This document shows positions 44,818 to 55,156 of a stretch of 64,000 nucleotides of DNA, piece by piece. Below the pieces are notes generated by a model, which had not been told where the DNA came from, made no database searches, and was given only the letters and a program-made list of their open reading frames with translations. Made by a program: the position numbers and the translations under genes. This stretch comes from a virus (taxonomy: Duplodnaviria > Heunggongvirae > Uroviricota > Caudoviricetes): positions 57,364-121,363 of the IMG/VR virus record IMGVR_UViG_3300043466_002831. The stretch is one strand, 5' to 3'. How positions within the stretch are numbered: position 1 is the stretch's first letter; every line of letters begins with the position of its first letter.

Positions 44818-44898
44818 TTTCGTCACCGACCAAAAGACAAAAAACTTTTTTAACGACACTTTTTATTTGTTAGTCATATTTATTATAAAAACTAAAAT

Positions 44899-45210
44899 AT
44901 GGAGAGTCAATCATCACTTTGGGCAGTAATCGTTACACTTATTACAGTATTAGGAAGCACGGCAGCTTGGAGATTTTATGAAAAGAGAGCCATGCAGAGA
45001 GATAAAGACGAAGATTTCATTCGTCATGACTGCAGAGATAGAATATCGAAATTAGAAGCCCTATTGATTGCAAGTTCTCAGGAAAAAGATAATATGAGAC
45101 AAACAATTTTAGAATTAACAGAAAAAGTTGCCCAACTTACGGTTAAAGTTGAATATCTACAAAAAGAAAACGTTGAGTTGATGAACTCAATTATTAAGAA
45201 AAACTCTTAA
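44899..45210 (+). CDS. membrane-anchored coiled-coil protein
   Basis: N-terminal TM WAVIVTLITVLGSTAAW followed by a coiled coil. Confidence 0.45.
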   Translation: MESQSSLWAVIVTLITVLGSTAAWRFYEKRAMQRDKDEDFIRHDCRDRISKLEALLIASSQEKDNMRQTILELTEKVAQLTVKVEYLQKENVELMNSIIKKNS

Positions 45211-45491
45211 ACGTCCCATCTAATTAAAGTTTTGATTTTTTTCTCAGGAAAGAAATAAACAAGAGCTTCTTGAATTAGGATTTCCGCCAAAGACGAATCC
45301 AAAGTATCTTCATTTATAGTATCACCCAAAACAACGACAAGTTCAATCAATACACTATTATCGGAAACTCCGAAAGTTACGGTGTGAACTTTAATCCTCG
45401 ACCTATTACCATAGATAGATTCAACCATCTCACCCTTAAATTCATTTAGGTATACTTCGATTAGGCGATAGATTCTTCTCTTATTATCCAT
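45207..45491 (-). CDS. hypothetical protein
   Basis: 94-aa minus ORF. Confidence 0.45.
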   Translation of the reverse strand: MDNKRRIYRLIEVYLNEFKGEMVESIYGNRSRIKVHTVTFGVSDNSVLIELVVVLGDTINEDTLDSSLAEILIQEALVYFFPEKKIKTLIRWDV

Positions 45492-45534
45492 GATGATAAT
45501 AATATAATCAAAATCACAAAAAAATGTAGTTTAA

Positions 45535-45687
45535 TTAACCTTGTCCTCGACTAATCTTCTTGTAGTTCTTAGAGCTTTTTAACTTCGAAGTTTTACATTT
45601 AGAATGAATTCCAGGTCTTGAAACTTTTCTTTTATCTTTCTTTACCGAAGTTGTAGATGAACCTTTAGATTTTGTTGCTTTTGCCAT
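45535..45687 (-). CDS. small Lys/Ser-rich basic protein (50 aa)
   Basis: MAKATKSKGSSTTSVKKDKRKVSRPGIHSKCKTSKLKSSKNYKKISRGQG on the minus strand. Confidence 0.35.
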   Translation of the reverse strand: MAKATKSKGSSTTSVKKDKRKVSRPGIHSKCKTSKLKSSKNYKKISRGQG

Positions 45688-45731
45688 AACTTTAATTTTA
45701 TTTACTATTAAATATTCATATATTTATTATT

Positions 45732-46025
45732 ATGAGAATCACAGAAGCTGAGAAAAAAGAAATCATGTCCAAGTACGATGGGAATACTTCTGATGAATTA
45801 TTGACTCATTTAAAAAGACATTTTCCCGTTATTGAAATTAAATTAGATTGGATGGAAAAACCACTCAAACAAATTTCAATTGATTACAAGACATATATGT
45901 TGGAACACAACAAAAAATACTTGGTCGGAAAATTGTTTAATTATCTTGAAAGTGATTGGGTTCATTTAGGAGAACCAACATTAAGAAGAACAATTAAGAA
46001 ATATTTGGACGGGATTACATTATAA
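45732..46025 (+). CDS. hypothetical protein
   Basis: 97-aa ORF; terminator follows. Confidence 0.5.
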   Translation: MRITEAEKKEIMSKYDGNTSDELLTHLKRHFPVIEIKLDWMEKPLKQISIDYKTYMLEHNKKYLVGKLFNYLESDWVHLGEPTLRRTIKKYLDGITL

Positions 46026-46029
46026 AAAA

Positions 46030-46055
46030 AGAGGGGTAGCGAATCCCTCTTTTTC
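46030..46055 (+). terminator. rho-independent terminator
   Basis: AGAGGG-GTAGCGAAT-CCCTCT followed by TTTT. Confidence 0.65.
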
Positions 46056-46143
46056 GTGTTACCATAACAGTAACGGTCCTAAAAGTCCCAACTTAGTTGG
46101 GGGGCTTGTTTTAACATAAATATTTGATTACATTTGAAACATT

Positions 46144-46746
46144 ATGGCGAAGTATAAATTAAATTGTTATGGATGGTCGTTGGAAGCGATTGGTAAATCA
46201 CTTACAGATGAACAAGTTAAAAAAATTGAAGACTTAATGAAAAAGGCTGGTTATGAAGAACTTTGGGAAGTTCGTCATGACTTAGATGAATTGTTGGACA
46301 TCGAAATTTGGGATGGTGATTTATTCCATGTTTCAAAAGCTTTCGATAATGGAACCATGTATTTCACCGTTGAAGATGATATGGAAAAAGAAGTTTTGGC
46401 TTTTGACATTGACGAAACTGGTGAGTTGGATGAAAACTATTATGAAGAAAACAATTACGTTGGATATGATGCGTTTCCAAAAGAAGATGAACCAAGAAAC
46501 GTTTACTTAAGTGTTGATGAAAACAAAGGTGGTTTGTACTACATGGAATTTGAAACTGATGAAGTCCCAAGTCCCAATGACTTTACTTATACCACAGGGA
46601 GTATTGAAACACCTAATGGAGATTGGGATTTTATTGATAAAGTTTTCTACAAAGGAGAAGAACTTGAAATTGTTGATTGGTTAGACAACAGTGGTAAATC
46701 ATCCACTTTGGAGATTTTTACTCACGACGATAGAATACTTAAATAA
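46144..46746 (+). CDS. acidic hypothetical protein
   Basis: 200-aa Asp/Glu-rich ORF; terminator follows. Confidence 0.5.
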   Translation: MAKYKLNCYGWSLEAIGKSLTDEQVKKIEDLMKKAGYEELWEVRHDLDELLDIEIWDGDLFHVSKAFDNGTMYFTVEDDMEKEVLAFDIDETGELDENYYEENNYVGYDAFPKEDEPRNVYLSVDENKGGLYYMEFETDEVPSPNDFTYTTGSIETPNGDWDFIDKVFYKGEELEIVDWLDNSGKSSTLEIFTHDDRILK

Positions 46747-46748
46747 AA

Positions 46749-46776
46749 GGAGGGGGATTTAGTCCCCCTTTTTTTG
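46749..46776 (+). terminator. rho-independent terminator
   Basis: AGGAGGGGG-ATTTAGT-CCCCCTT followed by TTTTTT. Confidence 0.7.
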
Positions 46777-46810
46777 TTTCTATATATTTATAGATAATTA
46801 AGAAAATACC

Positions 46811-49516
46811 ATGTCCATTATTCAACAATTATTTGCATACAATACAGGTTCCACTATTTCAGGGACAATTCAAGTTGGCTTAGTTGCCATAATTGAAGAT
46901 ATAACAAATTATAGTCCTAATTTGGGTGATTTACGATGGTGGGCAGGTCCAGATGAATCTTTGGGATATGTTATTGTATATCCTGTTCCCGCTGGAGACC
47001 ATCCAACACCTGTTCCTGGTGAAACAGCATTTATTGGTTTTTTAGGTACCAAAAACATGGCAAACCCATTTAACGAATCAACATTTGTTGAATTGGTTAA
47101 TAATTCATTTAATCAAAATTTTACAAATGGTAATGATGCATCAACATGGTTAACAACTAATGGTTATTGGAATTCATGGGTATCCATAACCCCAACGCCA
47201 ACGGCAACTCTTGGAGTAACTCAAACTCCAACTGTGACTTCAACACAAACACCAACAGTAACACCTGAAACCACACTGACACCAACACCTACTGAAACAG
47301 AAACTCCAACACCAACGCCTGAATCAACAACAACTCCAACTCCTACTGAAACAGAAACTCCAACTCCTACTGAAACTCCAACTAATACACCAACACCAGA
47401 ACCTACAACTACACCAACTAATACCGAAACTCCGACCGAAACCCCTACAGAAACTCCAACACCAGAACCTACAACTACACCAACTAATACCGAAACTCCG
47501 ACCGAAACCCCTACAGAAACTCCAACACCAGAACCTACAACTACGACAACTAATACCGAAACTCCTACTGAAACACCAACTAATACTCCAACACCTTCTG
47601 TAACACCAATACCTGTTACAGGATATGGATTTAATTTAGTGGCAACACCTTACAATACACCAACAATATCAGGAACAAGTATTATAAATAATGTTGCACC
47701 AATAAATAGTGGTGACACTAATCCTAACGTATTCGCAAATGGAGTACCAAATCCTCAAGGATTCTACTTTAACCCAATTGACAATACAGGTGTTGATAGA
47801 ACTAATTATTTCTCAGGATTTACAGGACAAAGTATTACAATAACATTTAATCAAACAGGAAGTACATCTATCTATTCGGGTGATACTAACTCATTACAAA
47901 CTTGGTCGTCATCAGGAGTTACTGGATTTGTATTTGGTGAAGGTATTACCACTGGACCATCAGGATTAACAGGTAACGCAATTTTAATTCAATCAGCAAC
48001 AACTCAATGGACAATTGGCATTCCTGTGTATGTTAGTGTTGAAATTAATAACCCAATAACCCCAACTCCTACTAATACTAACACCCAAACACCGACTGAA
48101 ACACCAACAGAAACTCCTACACCAGAACCTACAACAACTCCAACAAATACCGAGACTCCGACTGAAACACCAACAGTTACACCAACATTAACACAAACAC
48201 CAACTTCAACTGATTTAAGTACGATTACCACTTACACCATCTCAGGATGTAGTAGTTCAAATGTTATTGTCGCTGATTTAGGACCAGGAGCATTTTTCCC
48301 TGGTGATACATTCTATTTGGACTTTACAGGAGCGACTGCAACTGAATGTTACACAATTATCAATAAAATCAACGCAACACCTACAGATGGTGGTAACCCA
48401 ATATCTTCCTATCCTAATTGTGCCGATTGTATTGACGGAACAACCACAACTTACACAATTTCAGGATGTACTACTTTGAATGTATTAGTCGCTGATTTAG
48501 GACCAGGAGCATTCGGTGCTGGTGATATATTCAACATGACATTTACAGGAGCAACTCCAAGTGGATGTTACAGAATTGTCAATAAGATTGTTGCTACCCC
48601 AACAGATACAGGAGCACCACTAACTTTCTATTTAAATTGTGATGATTGTGAGGCTTCATTGGTAACACCAACACCTACGGCAACACCAACAAATACTGAA
48701 ACACCAACTGAGACTCCTACACCTACGGTAACAGAAACTCCGACAGGAACTCCATCGGTGACAGAAACTCCAACTGAGACTCCTACACCGACAGTGACGG
48801 AAACACCAACTAATACTCCAACAGAGACGGAAACACCAACACCAACTCCGACAGGAACAATTGGAGCGACACCTACTGAAACGGAAACTCCTACTCCAAC
48901 ACCAACTGAGACTCCAACAGGAACTCCTGAGGTAACACAAACAAATACTCCAACAGAGACGGAAACACCAACACCTACTCCGACAGGAACACCAGCGGTA
49001 ACACCAACAAATACGGAAACACCAACTGAGACTCCTACACCTACAGTAACGGAGACACCAACAAACACTCCAACAAATACGGAAACACCAACTGAGACTC
49101 CAACACCAACACCAACATCAGGGGCAACACCAGTTGGTACTTGGTTCTTCTATTCACCTGATAATGAACCTGCACCAGCACCAGTAAACAACGGTAATGC
49201 GTTATTTACTTATGGAACCGCACCTGCAATAGGTACGTATAATCCAAACTATACGGGTGGAACATTTAACATATATTTTAACAATAATAGTAGTGAACCA
49301 ATAAGTTACTTATCACAATTCTCAGGATTGAATACGACAGGTGGAACAATAACCATAAGTCAAGGAGGTAGTACCGCAATATACTCAGGAACTTCTGAAA
49401 ATTATAATCCAGGTTCGAGTTGGATAAACCTTAATGTAACTGGGTCAACACAAATGATTCAATCGGCATCAACATCGTTTGTCTTTGGAATTCCAATCAA
49501 TGTTGTGGTAAGTTAA
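46811..49516 (+). CDS. large Thr/Pro-repeat protein with duplicated Cys-containing domain (putative virion surface/fibre or adhesin-like protein)
   Basis: Long [13 protein letters not shown]-type linkers. Duplicated domain [20 protein letters not shown]...FTGAT...CY.I.NKI.ATPTD. 66-nt tandem repeats at the DNA level. Confidence 0.65.
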   Translation: MSIIQQLFAYNTGSTISGTIQVGLVAIIEDITNYSPNLGDLRWWAGPDESLGYVIVYPVPAGDHPTPVPGETAFIGFLGTKNMANPFNESTFVELVNNSFNQNFTNGNDASTWLTTNGYWNSWVSITPTPTATLGVTQTPTVTSTQTPTVTPETTLTPTPTETETPTPTPESTTTPTPTETETPTPTETPTNTPTPEPTTTPTNTETPTETPTETPTPEPTTTPTNTETPTETPTETPTPEPTTTTTNTETPTETPTNTPTPSVTPIPVTGYGFNLVATPYNTPTISGTSIINNVAPINSGDTNPNVFANGVPNPQGFYFNPIDNTGVDRTNYFSGFTGQSITITFNQTGSTSIYSGDTNSLQTWSSSGVTGFVFGEGITTGPSGLTGNAILIQSATTQWTIGIPVYVSVEINNPITPTPTNTNTQTPTETPTETPTPEPTTTPTNTETPTETPTVTPTLTQTPTSTDLSTITTYTISGCSSSNVIVADLGPGAFFPGDTFYLDFTGATATECYTIINKINATPTDGGNPISSYPNCADCIDGTTTTYTISGCTTLNVLVADLGPGAFGAGDIFNMTFTGATPSGCYRIVNKIVATPTDTGAPLTFYLNCDDCEASLVTPTPTATPTNTETPTETPTPTVTETPTGTPSVTETPTETPTPTVTETPTNTPTETETPTPTPTGTIGATPTETETPTPTPTETPTGTPEVTQTNTPTETETPTPTPTGTPAVTPTNTETPTETPTPTVTETPTNTPTNTETPTETPTPTPTSGATPVGTWFFYSPDNEPAPAPVNNGNALFTYGTAPAIGTYNPNYTGGTFNIYFNNNSSEPISYLSQFSGLNTTGGTITISQGGSTAIYSGTSENYNPGSSWINLNVTGSTQMIQSASTSFVFGIPINVVVS
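47389..47586 (+). repeat. 66-bp tandem repeat (about 2.8 copies) inside the Thr/Pro-repeat gene
   Basis: Unit CCAACACCAGAACCTACAACTACACCAACTAATACCGAAACTCCGACCGAAACCCCTACAGAAACT, encoding [22 protein letters not shown]. Confidence 0.75.
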
Positions 49517-49619
49517 CAACTTTAGTGATATTTATCAGTATAAACCCAACGTTTAATTGTGGAGGACTTGCAATATTGGCTGGTGATAAAATTGATATTA
49601 TTATTGACTAATTTATTAT

Positions 49620-49898
49620 ATGAAAAATAAATGGTTTTTTGGTTGGACAAACATTAAATGGTTAATTAAGGAATTAATTAATTTATATAGTAATACAAGC
49701 TCTTATTTCTCTAAAAAAAGAATTGAGTCGGGAATTGCATTTCTTGTTGGTCAATGGGGTATGATTTACTTTTTAGTTATCAATATTGATAAATTGACAA
49801 CATCTGACATAGCTCTTTGGGCTGGTGTTGAGTTTGCAATTGCAGGATATATTGTAAATCAAATTCAAAAAGAGAAAAAAACTGAAGATACTCTATAA
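49620..49898 (+). CDS. small membrane protein
   Basis: Two hydrophobic helices in 92 aa. Confidence 0.45.
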   Translation: MKNKWFFGWTNIKWLIKELINLYSNTSSYFSKKRIESGIAFLVGQWGMIYFLVINIDKLTTSDIALWAGVEFAIAGYIVNQIQKEKKTEDTL

Positions 49899-49916
49899 TT
49901 GGGGTATTTAATATAT

Positions 49917-51113
49917 ATGAGGGATTTAATCAGACGAATTCTTAAGGAACAAGAAGAAAATTACGACACACTTGAAATGATTAGAGATTATTCAGGTAGT
50001 AATGACTTTCTTAATGATTTAAGGAGGAAATTAAAAATTAAGGGTAGTTTAACGGATAAACAAATTCAAGCGGCAATTAAAACTTTCAAGAGAGAACATT
50101 GGTCAGGTACAATAGCCTCTAAAATTGGGTTATATGAGTACAAACATCTAAAAAGTTTAGTAATAAAATTAGGTATTGAAACTTACAATAGAATGATTAG
50201 AAGTGAAAAGAAATTTTTTTTCACGCAAACTATTGATAGTGAAGATAAAACTGTTGTAGGTAAACCAAGTTCAGAATGGATTGATAGAAATGAGAACGAT
50301 TTAGATTTTTTTAAAACTCATATTGTTGATTCAGGTAAAAGATTCAAATTTCCTGATAGAGAAAAGTCAGTTACTATAACTGATGAAATTTATTACTTAT
50401 TTTATTTATTGGAAATAAATGATTTTTCAGGGTTTATTGAAAAGGGTGAATGGTCAATATTAAATAGACTTGGAAGTAACTGGTCAAATTGGGCAAAAAT
50501 GATTGGAATTAGAGAAAGGGATGGATATTTGGGATATGGTGACGACACATCAAAAATTGAAAAGTATTTTGAACAACAACCGATTACTGATATAATTGAC
50601 ACGAATAATTTATCAAGTAGAACTATTAATAGATTCCCAACAATGAGTTTTGCCGAATTTGATTTGGCTGAAGCTTTTCACGAAGTTGATGAAAATTTAA
50701 AAAGTACTCAATTAGAAAAAATTAAAAACAGAATTAGGTCCACAACTGAAAGTGGTGAATCGGTTGAAAGAGAATTTATTTCTTGGTTAGAAGAAAACGG
50801 AGTCACTGAAATTAGAAATTTTTCATCATTTGGTAATGTTGTTGATATTACATTTTCTGTTGATTTGATGGCGAAATTAAATAATAAATGGGTGCCAATT
50901 CAAGTAAAAAGTACTGAAAGTTCTGCTGCAACTTCTCAAATACATAAATTTGATATTGGTGGTATTGCGGTATATCCCGCTCCGAAAAAAATGCAGTGTG
51001 GTAATTGGATTTATATTAAATCGAATAGAGGTTTAAAAAATCAAGGTTCATTTGACGAAGACTTTTTAAATTTTCAATGTGAAAGAAACGACTACGAAGA
51101 CATTGAAGATTAA
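49917..51113 (+). CDS. NTM-like (MRDLIRRILKEQ) protein; C-terminal region possibly nuclease-like (speculative)
   Basis: ATG at 49917 preceded by GGTATTTAATATAT. N-terminus resembles the MNLKESIRRIIREE variant. Confidence 0.5.
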   Translation: MRDLIRRILKEQEENYDTLEMIRDYSGSNDFLNDLRRKLKIKGSLTDKQIQAAIKTFKREHWSGTIASKIGLYEYKHLKSLVIKLGIETYNRMIRSEKKFFFTQTIDSEDKTVVGKPSSEWIDRNENDLDFFKTHIVDSGKRFKFPDREKSVTITDEIYYLFYLLEINDFSGFIEKGEWSILNRLGSNWSNWAKMIGIRERDGYLGYGDDTSKIEKYFEQQPITDIIDTNNLSSRTINRFPTMSFAEFDLAEAFHEVDENLKSTQLEKIKNRIRSTTESGESVEREFISWLEENGVTEIRNFSSFGNVVDITFSVDLMAKLNNKWVPIQVKSTESSAATSQIHKFDIGGIAVYPAPKKMQCGNWIYIKSNRGLKNQGSFDEDFLNFQCERNDYEDIED

Positions 51114-51124
51114 AAATATTTTAA

Positions 51125-51132
51125 TATCTTTG
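51125..51132 (+). promoter_or_regulatory. -7 promoter box TATCTTTG, 4 nt upstream of ATG 51137
   Basis: TAnnTTTG-N4-ATG. Confidence 0.5.
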
Positions 51133-51136
51133 TATT

Positions 51137-51361
51137 ATGTCACAAAAACCAGAAAAAGTAACTAAATTCGAAAGAGTATATGAGGACGAGTATTGTACCT
51201 CTATTTGGAAATATGATTATTCCAAAACTACGTCAGGTCCTGTGTCTGTAGAGCACAAATGGAAAAAGGGGTTTGATGCACCCAATACAAAAAAGAAAAC
51301 TTTGGGTGATTTGGTTAGTGAATCTAATCCAAAAAAGAAATCAAAGGGACCTAAGTCTTGA
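51137..51361 (+). CDS. hypothetical small basic protein
   Basis: TATCTTTG-N4-ATG upstream. Confidence 0.45.
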   Translation: MSQKPEKVTKFERVYEDEYCTSIWKYDYSKTTSGPVSVEHKWKKGFDAPNTKKKTLGDLVSESNPKKKSKGPKS

Positions 51362-51979
51362 ATCAATAATTGATTTTAATTTTAATAATGTTTGTCTGTC
51401 TAAAGACGAAACAACTTCACTTGTATTTTCAATAACCAATCTATCTAATAAAGATTCCTTAAGAGATGATTCACTAACAGGTTGAACATTGTCAAAATTA
51501 TAATCTGATTCTTCAAAATTATCGTATGTCGTGTCTCTTAAATTGTTTCCATTGTATAAATCCCAATTACCATCATTTCTTTGTTGTTCGGCAGAATCTT
51601 GAACCCAATCCATATCATAAGAATCAAATTTTTGGCTCATATAATCATCATAAGTACAATGTCCCCAAACACTATAAGTTAATTCATATGTTTGTGCAAC
51701 AGGAATTATAAGTTTGTCATATAAAGTTTTGTCTCCTGTCTCAAATATGTTAGCAAGAACGTCATCATTCATCTCAAGAAATTTTGAGAAGAACTCAACA
51801 TCTTCATGAACTACCGAAATACTAAAATATTTGCCAATATTTTCTAACTTATTATAAGAATTAGAAAAATCATAACTACCGTAAGGATTTCCTTGTGGAA
51901 AATCCTCATCAACTAATTTTTCTGCAATTAGTACTAATTGTTTTTTTGGTAATTTTGAAAATTGACTTTGTTCTGCCAT
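51341..51979 (-). CDS. acidic hypothetical protein
   Basis: 212-aa minus ORF. Confidence 0.55.
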   Translation of the reverse strand: MAEQSQFSKLPKKQLVLIAEKLVDEDFPQGNPYGSYDFSNSYNKLENIGKYFSISVVHEDVEFFSKFLEMNDDVLANIFETGDKTLYDKLIIPVAQTYELTYSVWGHCTYDDYMSQKFDSYDMDWVQDSAEQQRNDGNWDLYNGNNLRDTTYDNFEESDYNFDNVQPVSESSLKESLLDRLVIENTSEVVSSLDRQTLLKLKSIIDSRLRSL

Positions 51980-51989
51980 AACAATAAAT

Positions 51990-52020
51990 ATAAAAAAAGG
52001 TGATAATTTCTTATCACCTT
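51990..52020 (-). terminator. rho-independent terminator (minus strand)
   Basis: Perfect 11-bp inverted repeat AAAGGTGATAA / TTATCACCTTT. The minus-strand reading is followed by TTTTTTT, downstream of minus gene 52025-52345. Confidence 0.65.
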
Positions 52021-52024
52021 TAAT

Positions 52025-52345
52025 TTATTCTTCTTCAGAATCCCAACCGTCCTCTTCGTACCAATATTCGGCACAAGGATATTCTCTTCCTTGTTCATCA
52101 ATATGACACCAATGAGTTTTACTTTCATCCAACCATTTCCAATCTTTTCCCTCATCACCTTCAGGTAAATCGGGGTGTTCTAATGGTGGATGGTATGAAT
52201 TGACATCAACGTATCTGTAATTGCAATCGCATCCACGAGGAACACAATCATCACAAAAGTTTGGATTATCCCCGCCTGAAAACCCAGGACCATAACTCCA
52301 AATTGCAACTTTTCCGCAATCACACAAATCTTTAGACATACTCAA
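52025..52345 (-). CDS. Cys-rich small protein
   Basis: CDCGK...CDDC...CDCNY; hairpin terminator downstream on the minus strand. Confidence 0.5.
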   Translation of the reverse strand: MSMSKDLCDCGKVAIWSYGPGFSGGDNPNFCDDCVPRGCDCNYRYVDVNSYHPPLEHPDLPEGDEGKDWKWLDESKTHWCHIDEQGREYPCAEYWYEEDGWDSEEE

Positions 52346-53006
52346 TTTCTTTTGTTTCAGGATTATACTCCATCACAATTGGTTTGTTTTGGTACTGATA
52401 TCTTTCATTTAGAACACTGGCATTTAAGAACTCAACACCATGAAATGACTTCTGACCATACGCCCAATGGATATGACCACAAACATGGATTTTTGGTTGA
52501 ACTTCCATTATTCTATCGAACAAATCTTCACACCCAACATTTAGACCTTGAATTGTGTGGTCGACCATTTTATGTGCTGGACCATGAGTAACCAAGATAT
52601 CAAGACCCTCAGGGATTTTTGACCACTTCTCAGCGAGTTTTTCTCCTCTTGGTAGGTTGAATGCCCAATCGTAGAATTCAGGTTGCCACGGACTTCCGTA
52701 GATTTTAACTCCATCGACTTCAACCATACTATCAAAAAGGTAGTGAACACCCTTTTCTTTGTATTCAGGTGCAATGTCGTGGTTTTTCACAAATCCCCAA
52801 TCATGGTTACCTGCAATGAATACCTTATGAGTAAACGGTGTGTTAGAAAACCAATCCAAAAACTCTTTAACTTCGTGAGTTTTTCCTACGTTGGTACAAT
52901 CTCCCGCATGGACAAGGATATCTCCCTCACCCAAGATGTTGTTATATGCCTTGGTTGTTAAAACTTCATGTTTTCCGTGTGTGTCGCTGATGAATACTAT
53001 TTTCAT
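52332..53006 (-). CDS. calcineurin-like metallophosphoesterase
   Basis: MKIVFISDTHGKH...VHAGDCTNVG...FIAGNHD...VTHGP...CGHIH motif series. Confidence 0.7.
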   Translation of the reverse strand: MKIVFISDTHGKHEVLTTKAYNNILGEGDILVHAGDCTNVGKTHEVKEFLDWFSNTPFTHKVFIAGNHDWGFVKNHDIAPEYKEKGVHYLFDSMVEVDGVKIYGSPWQPEFYDWAFNLPRGEKLAEKWSKIPEGLDILVTHGPAHKMVDHTIQGLNVGCEDLFDRIMEVQPKIHVCGHIHWAYGQKSFHGVEFLNASVLNERYQYQNKPIVMEYNPETKEIEYV

Positions 53007-53043
53007 GACTTAAAATATTAGAATACAAATATACAACTTTTTA

Positions 53044-53667
53044 TCAATCCCACCAACCTTTTATTCCAGAACCATCAAACCAATTATCCCAAGCACTTCC
53101 TTTATCTTCAGATTTGTCAAGAAACATTTGATATTCGGTAGGACTTTGACCTTTCAAGATTTCAAATAATTCTTTCCATTCTTTTTCTTCAATCTCACGA
53201 GCTCGGTCAAATACTTTACGGTTGTGGATTTTTTCTTCCTCAGTATCTCTATCGATTATTCTTGAATATTCAGGTTTATCAGGAACAGGTTCAAATTCCC
53301 ATTCATGAAGAGCTAACGGACCCAATTCAGACTCCGCCATTTCGATGTATTTGTCCTCATTATAGTTTTTAATTAGTTCAATTGCTCTACGCATTTTGGC
53401 AACTTTCTTTAAACGCGGACCATCAACTTCGTTACCATATTTTTCAACGGTATCTGAAATATTGGTTAAACCTGTTTCAAGAAACATTAAAGTTCCGTGA
53501 TGGTCAAACCAATAATGGTTCCATAATGCCTTTCTAAATGTCCAAACATTTTTGAAAAATCGAGGTAGGTCGTGACGAAACAAGGAGTATGTTTGATACC
53601 ACCAAGTTTGATGACGTATTAGTGTTCTTAGACTATCTGTAAAAGTGTCTGCAAATTGTATCTTCAT
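53044..53667 (-). CDS. hypothetical protein
   Basis: 207-aa minus ORF. Confidence 0.5.
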   Translation of the reverse strand: MKIQFADTFTDSLRTLIRHQTWWYQTYSLFRHDLPRFFKNVWTFRKALWNHYWFDHHGTLMFLETGLTNISDTVEKYGNEVDGPRLKKVAKMRRAIELIKNYNEDKYIEMAESELGPLALHEWEFEPVPDKPEYSRIIDRDTEEEKIHNRKVFDRAREIEEKEWKELFEILKGQSPTEYQMFLDKSEDKGSAWDNWFDGSGIKGWWD

Positions 53668-53903
53668 GATAATTGATTTTTTAAAAGTTCGTCACGTTTG
53701 TCATCTAATTGTAATTTCAATGGTCGGATAACATCGTAAAAGTAATTTGGCCAATAATCAGCAGGATATTTACTAATTAATGTATCCTCGAAATTCCTTA
53801 ATAGTTTATCGGCAGTTCTTGTTTGTTGTCTTGTTTCGCAAGATTCAATAACTTTTTCAATCCAAGTTGAAATATCCCCGTAATGATTACTTTGTGCTCC
53901 CAT
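53664..53903 (-). CDS. hypothetical small protein
   Basis: 79-aa minus ORF. Confidence 0.4.
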   Translation of the reverse strand: MGAQSNHYGDISTWIEKVIESCETRQQTRTADKLLRNFEDTLISKYPADYWPNYFYDVIRPLKLQLDDKRDELLKNQLS

Positions 53904-53937
53904 AGTTTTTATATTTCTACAAATGTAATAAAAAAAT

Positions 53938-53970
53938 AAGACCCGTCAAAATAAATTCACGGGTCTTTTG
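53938..53970. terminator. bidirectional terminator-like hairpin
   Basis: GACCCGT...ACGGGTC stem flanked by an A-run on one side and a T-run on the other; downstream of minus gene 54056-54496. Confidence 0.55.
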
Positions 53971-54055
53971 GAAAAGGTATATATGAGAACACTCCCTATG
54001 GAGCGATGTAATAAATAAATATAGTCAATTTTTAAAAAAAACCTACTTATTGGTA

Positions 54056-54496
54056 TTAAGAAAAGTAATTTTTTACTCTTTCTAATAAATTTTCGTTAAA
54101 CTTGATACCGTGACGAGTTTTAAAATATTTTAATAATTGTTTGAGGGATTCGTTTTTATCTGATTGTTTTAATAAAATATATGCACCTAAATCGGCATCT
54201 ATCTCATCATCCTCATTTCTTGGACCATCATGACCCATGATAATATGAGATACTTCATGAGCTTCAATGAACTTTAAAACATCGAAATTTTCGACTTGTT
54301 CGCCATCAATAACAATAAGATTTTTACCAGGAACCATAAATCCATAACCATACTCATCAAAAAGTGGTTTTAAATCTTGGTATTGTTGATTGTCTTCAGA
54401 CACCACGGCAATTTGGACATTTGGTAAAAATTCACTCTCGTAAAATAATGGTTCAGATTCTTCCATATTATTGTTTATCATAAATACTATAAACAA
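54056..54496 (-). CDS. HExxH-motif protein (possible ImmA/IrrE-like metallopeptidase)
   Basis: FIEAHEVSHIIMGHD; terminator hairpin downstream on the minus strand. Confidence 0.4.
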   Translation of the reverse strand: MFIVFMINNNMEESEPLFYESEFLPNVQIAVVSEDNQQYQDLKPLFDEYGYGFMVPGKNLIVIDGEQVENFDVLKFIEAHEVSHIIMGHDGPRNEDDEIDADLGAYILLKQSDKNESLKQLLKYFKTRHGIKFNENLLERVKNYFS

Positions 54497-54532
54497 GTAT
54501 AATCGAAGTATTTATAATAAAATACCTATAAT

Positions 54533-55156
54533 ATGAATTTAAAAAAATTAATCAGAGAATCTTTAGAACGACACCTTGACCAAACTTTAATATTAAAAGA
54601 GAATGTTGAAATTTCAGAAGCTCTACAATATCACATTGATAATGATTTATCATTAACTGATAATGTATTCAGAGTTTATTCTGAAAGTTATTTTGATTTA
54701 GTTAATGAGGTTAGAGGATTATATAACGAAGGTGTGATTGACTTAAATGAAGAAGACAAACTCATGGTTGAGTCTGATTTAGGTAAAAGGGTTAAGATTG
54801 GTAATGAAATTGTATATCTTGATGCCCCTTATATCTATGAGACGGAAACTGAAGAAGATATTTTAGCCGAAGCCAAACACAGAGGAAAAAATGTGAATAT
54901 CGGAAAACCATTTAGAACACCAGGTGGACCCAAAAAATTTGCAGTATATGTTAAAAGTAAAAATGGTGGTGTTAAAAAAGTTACTTTTGGTGACCCAGGT
55001 TTACGAGTTAAAAATGCAAATAAAAAAGCTGCAAAATCTTTTAGAGCAAGACATAATTGTAAAGATAAAAAAGATAGAACAACCGCAGGATATTGGTCTT
55101 GTAATGTTGGTCGTTATGCAAAACAATTAGGTTTATCATCTTCAAATTCTTGGTAA
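54533..55156 (+). CDS. NTM-like (MNLKKLIRESLERHL) protein with basic C-terminus
   Basis: N-terminus resembles the MNLKESIR variant. Confidence 0.5.
   Translation: MNLKKLIRESLERHLDQTLILKENVEISEALQYHIDNDLSLTDNVFRVYSESYFDLVNEVRGLYNEGVIDLNEEDKLMVESDLGKRVKIGNEIVYLDAPYIYETETEEDILAEAKHRGKNVNIGKPFRTPGGPKKFAVYVKSKNGGVKKVTFGDPGLRVKNANKKAAKSFRARHNCKDKKDRTTAGYWSCNVGRYAKQLGLSSSNSW

Noticed and set aside
48004-49068. Minus-strand ORFs made of GVGVSV or Cys/Ser/Trp repeats
   Set aside because: These are the reverse-complement frames of the ACnCCn Thr/Pro repeat DNA of gene 46811-49516 and are artefacts of the repeat.
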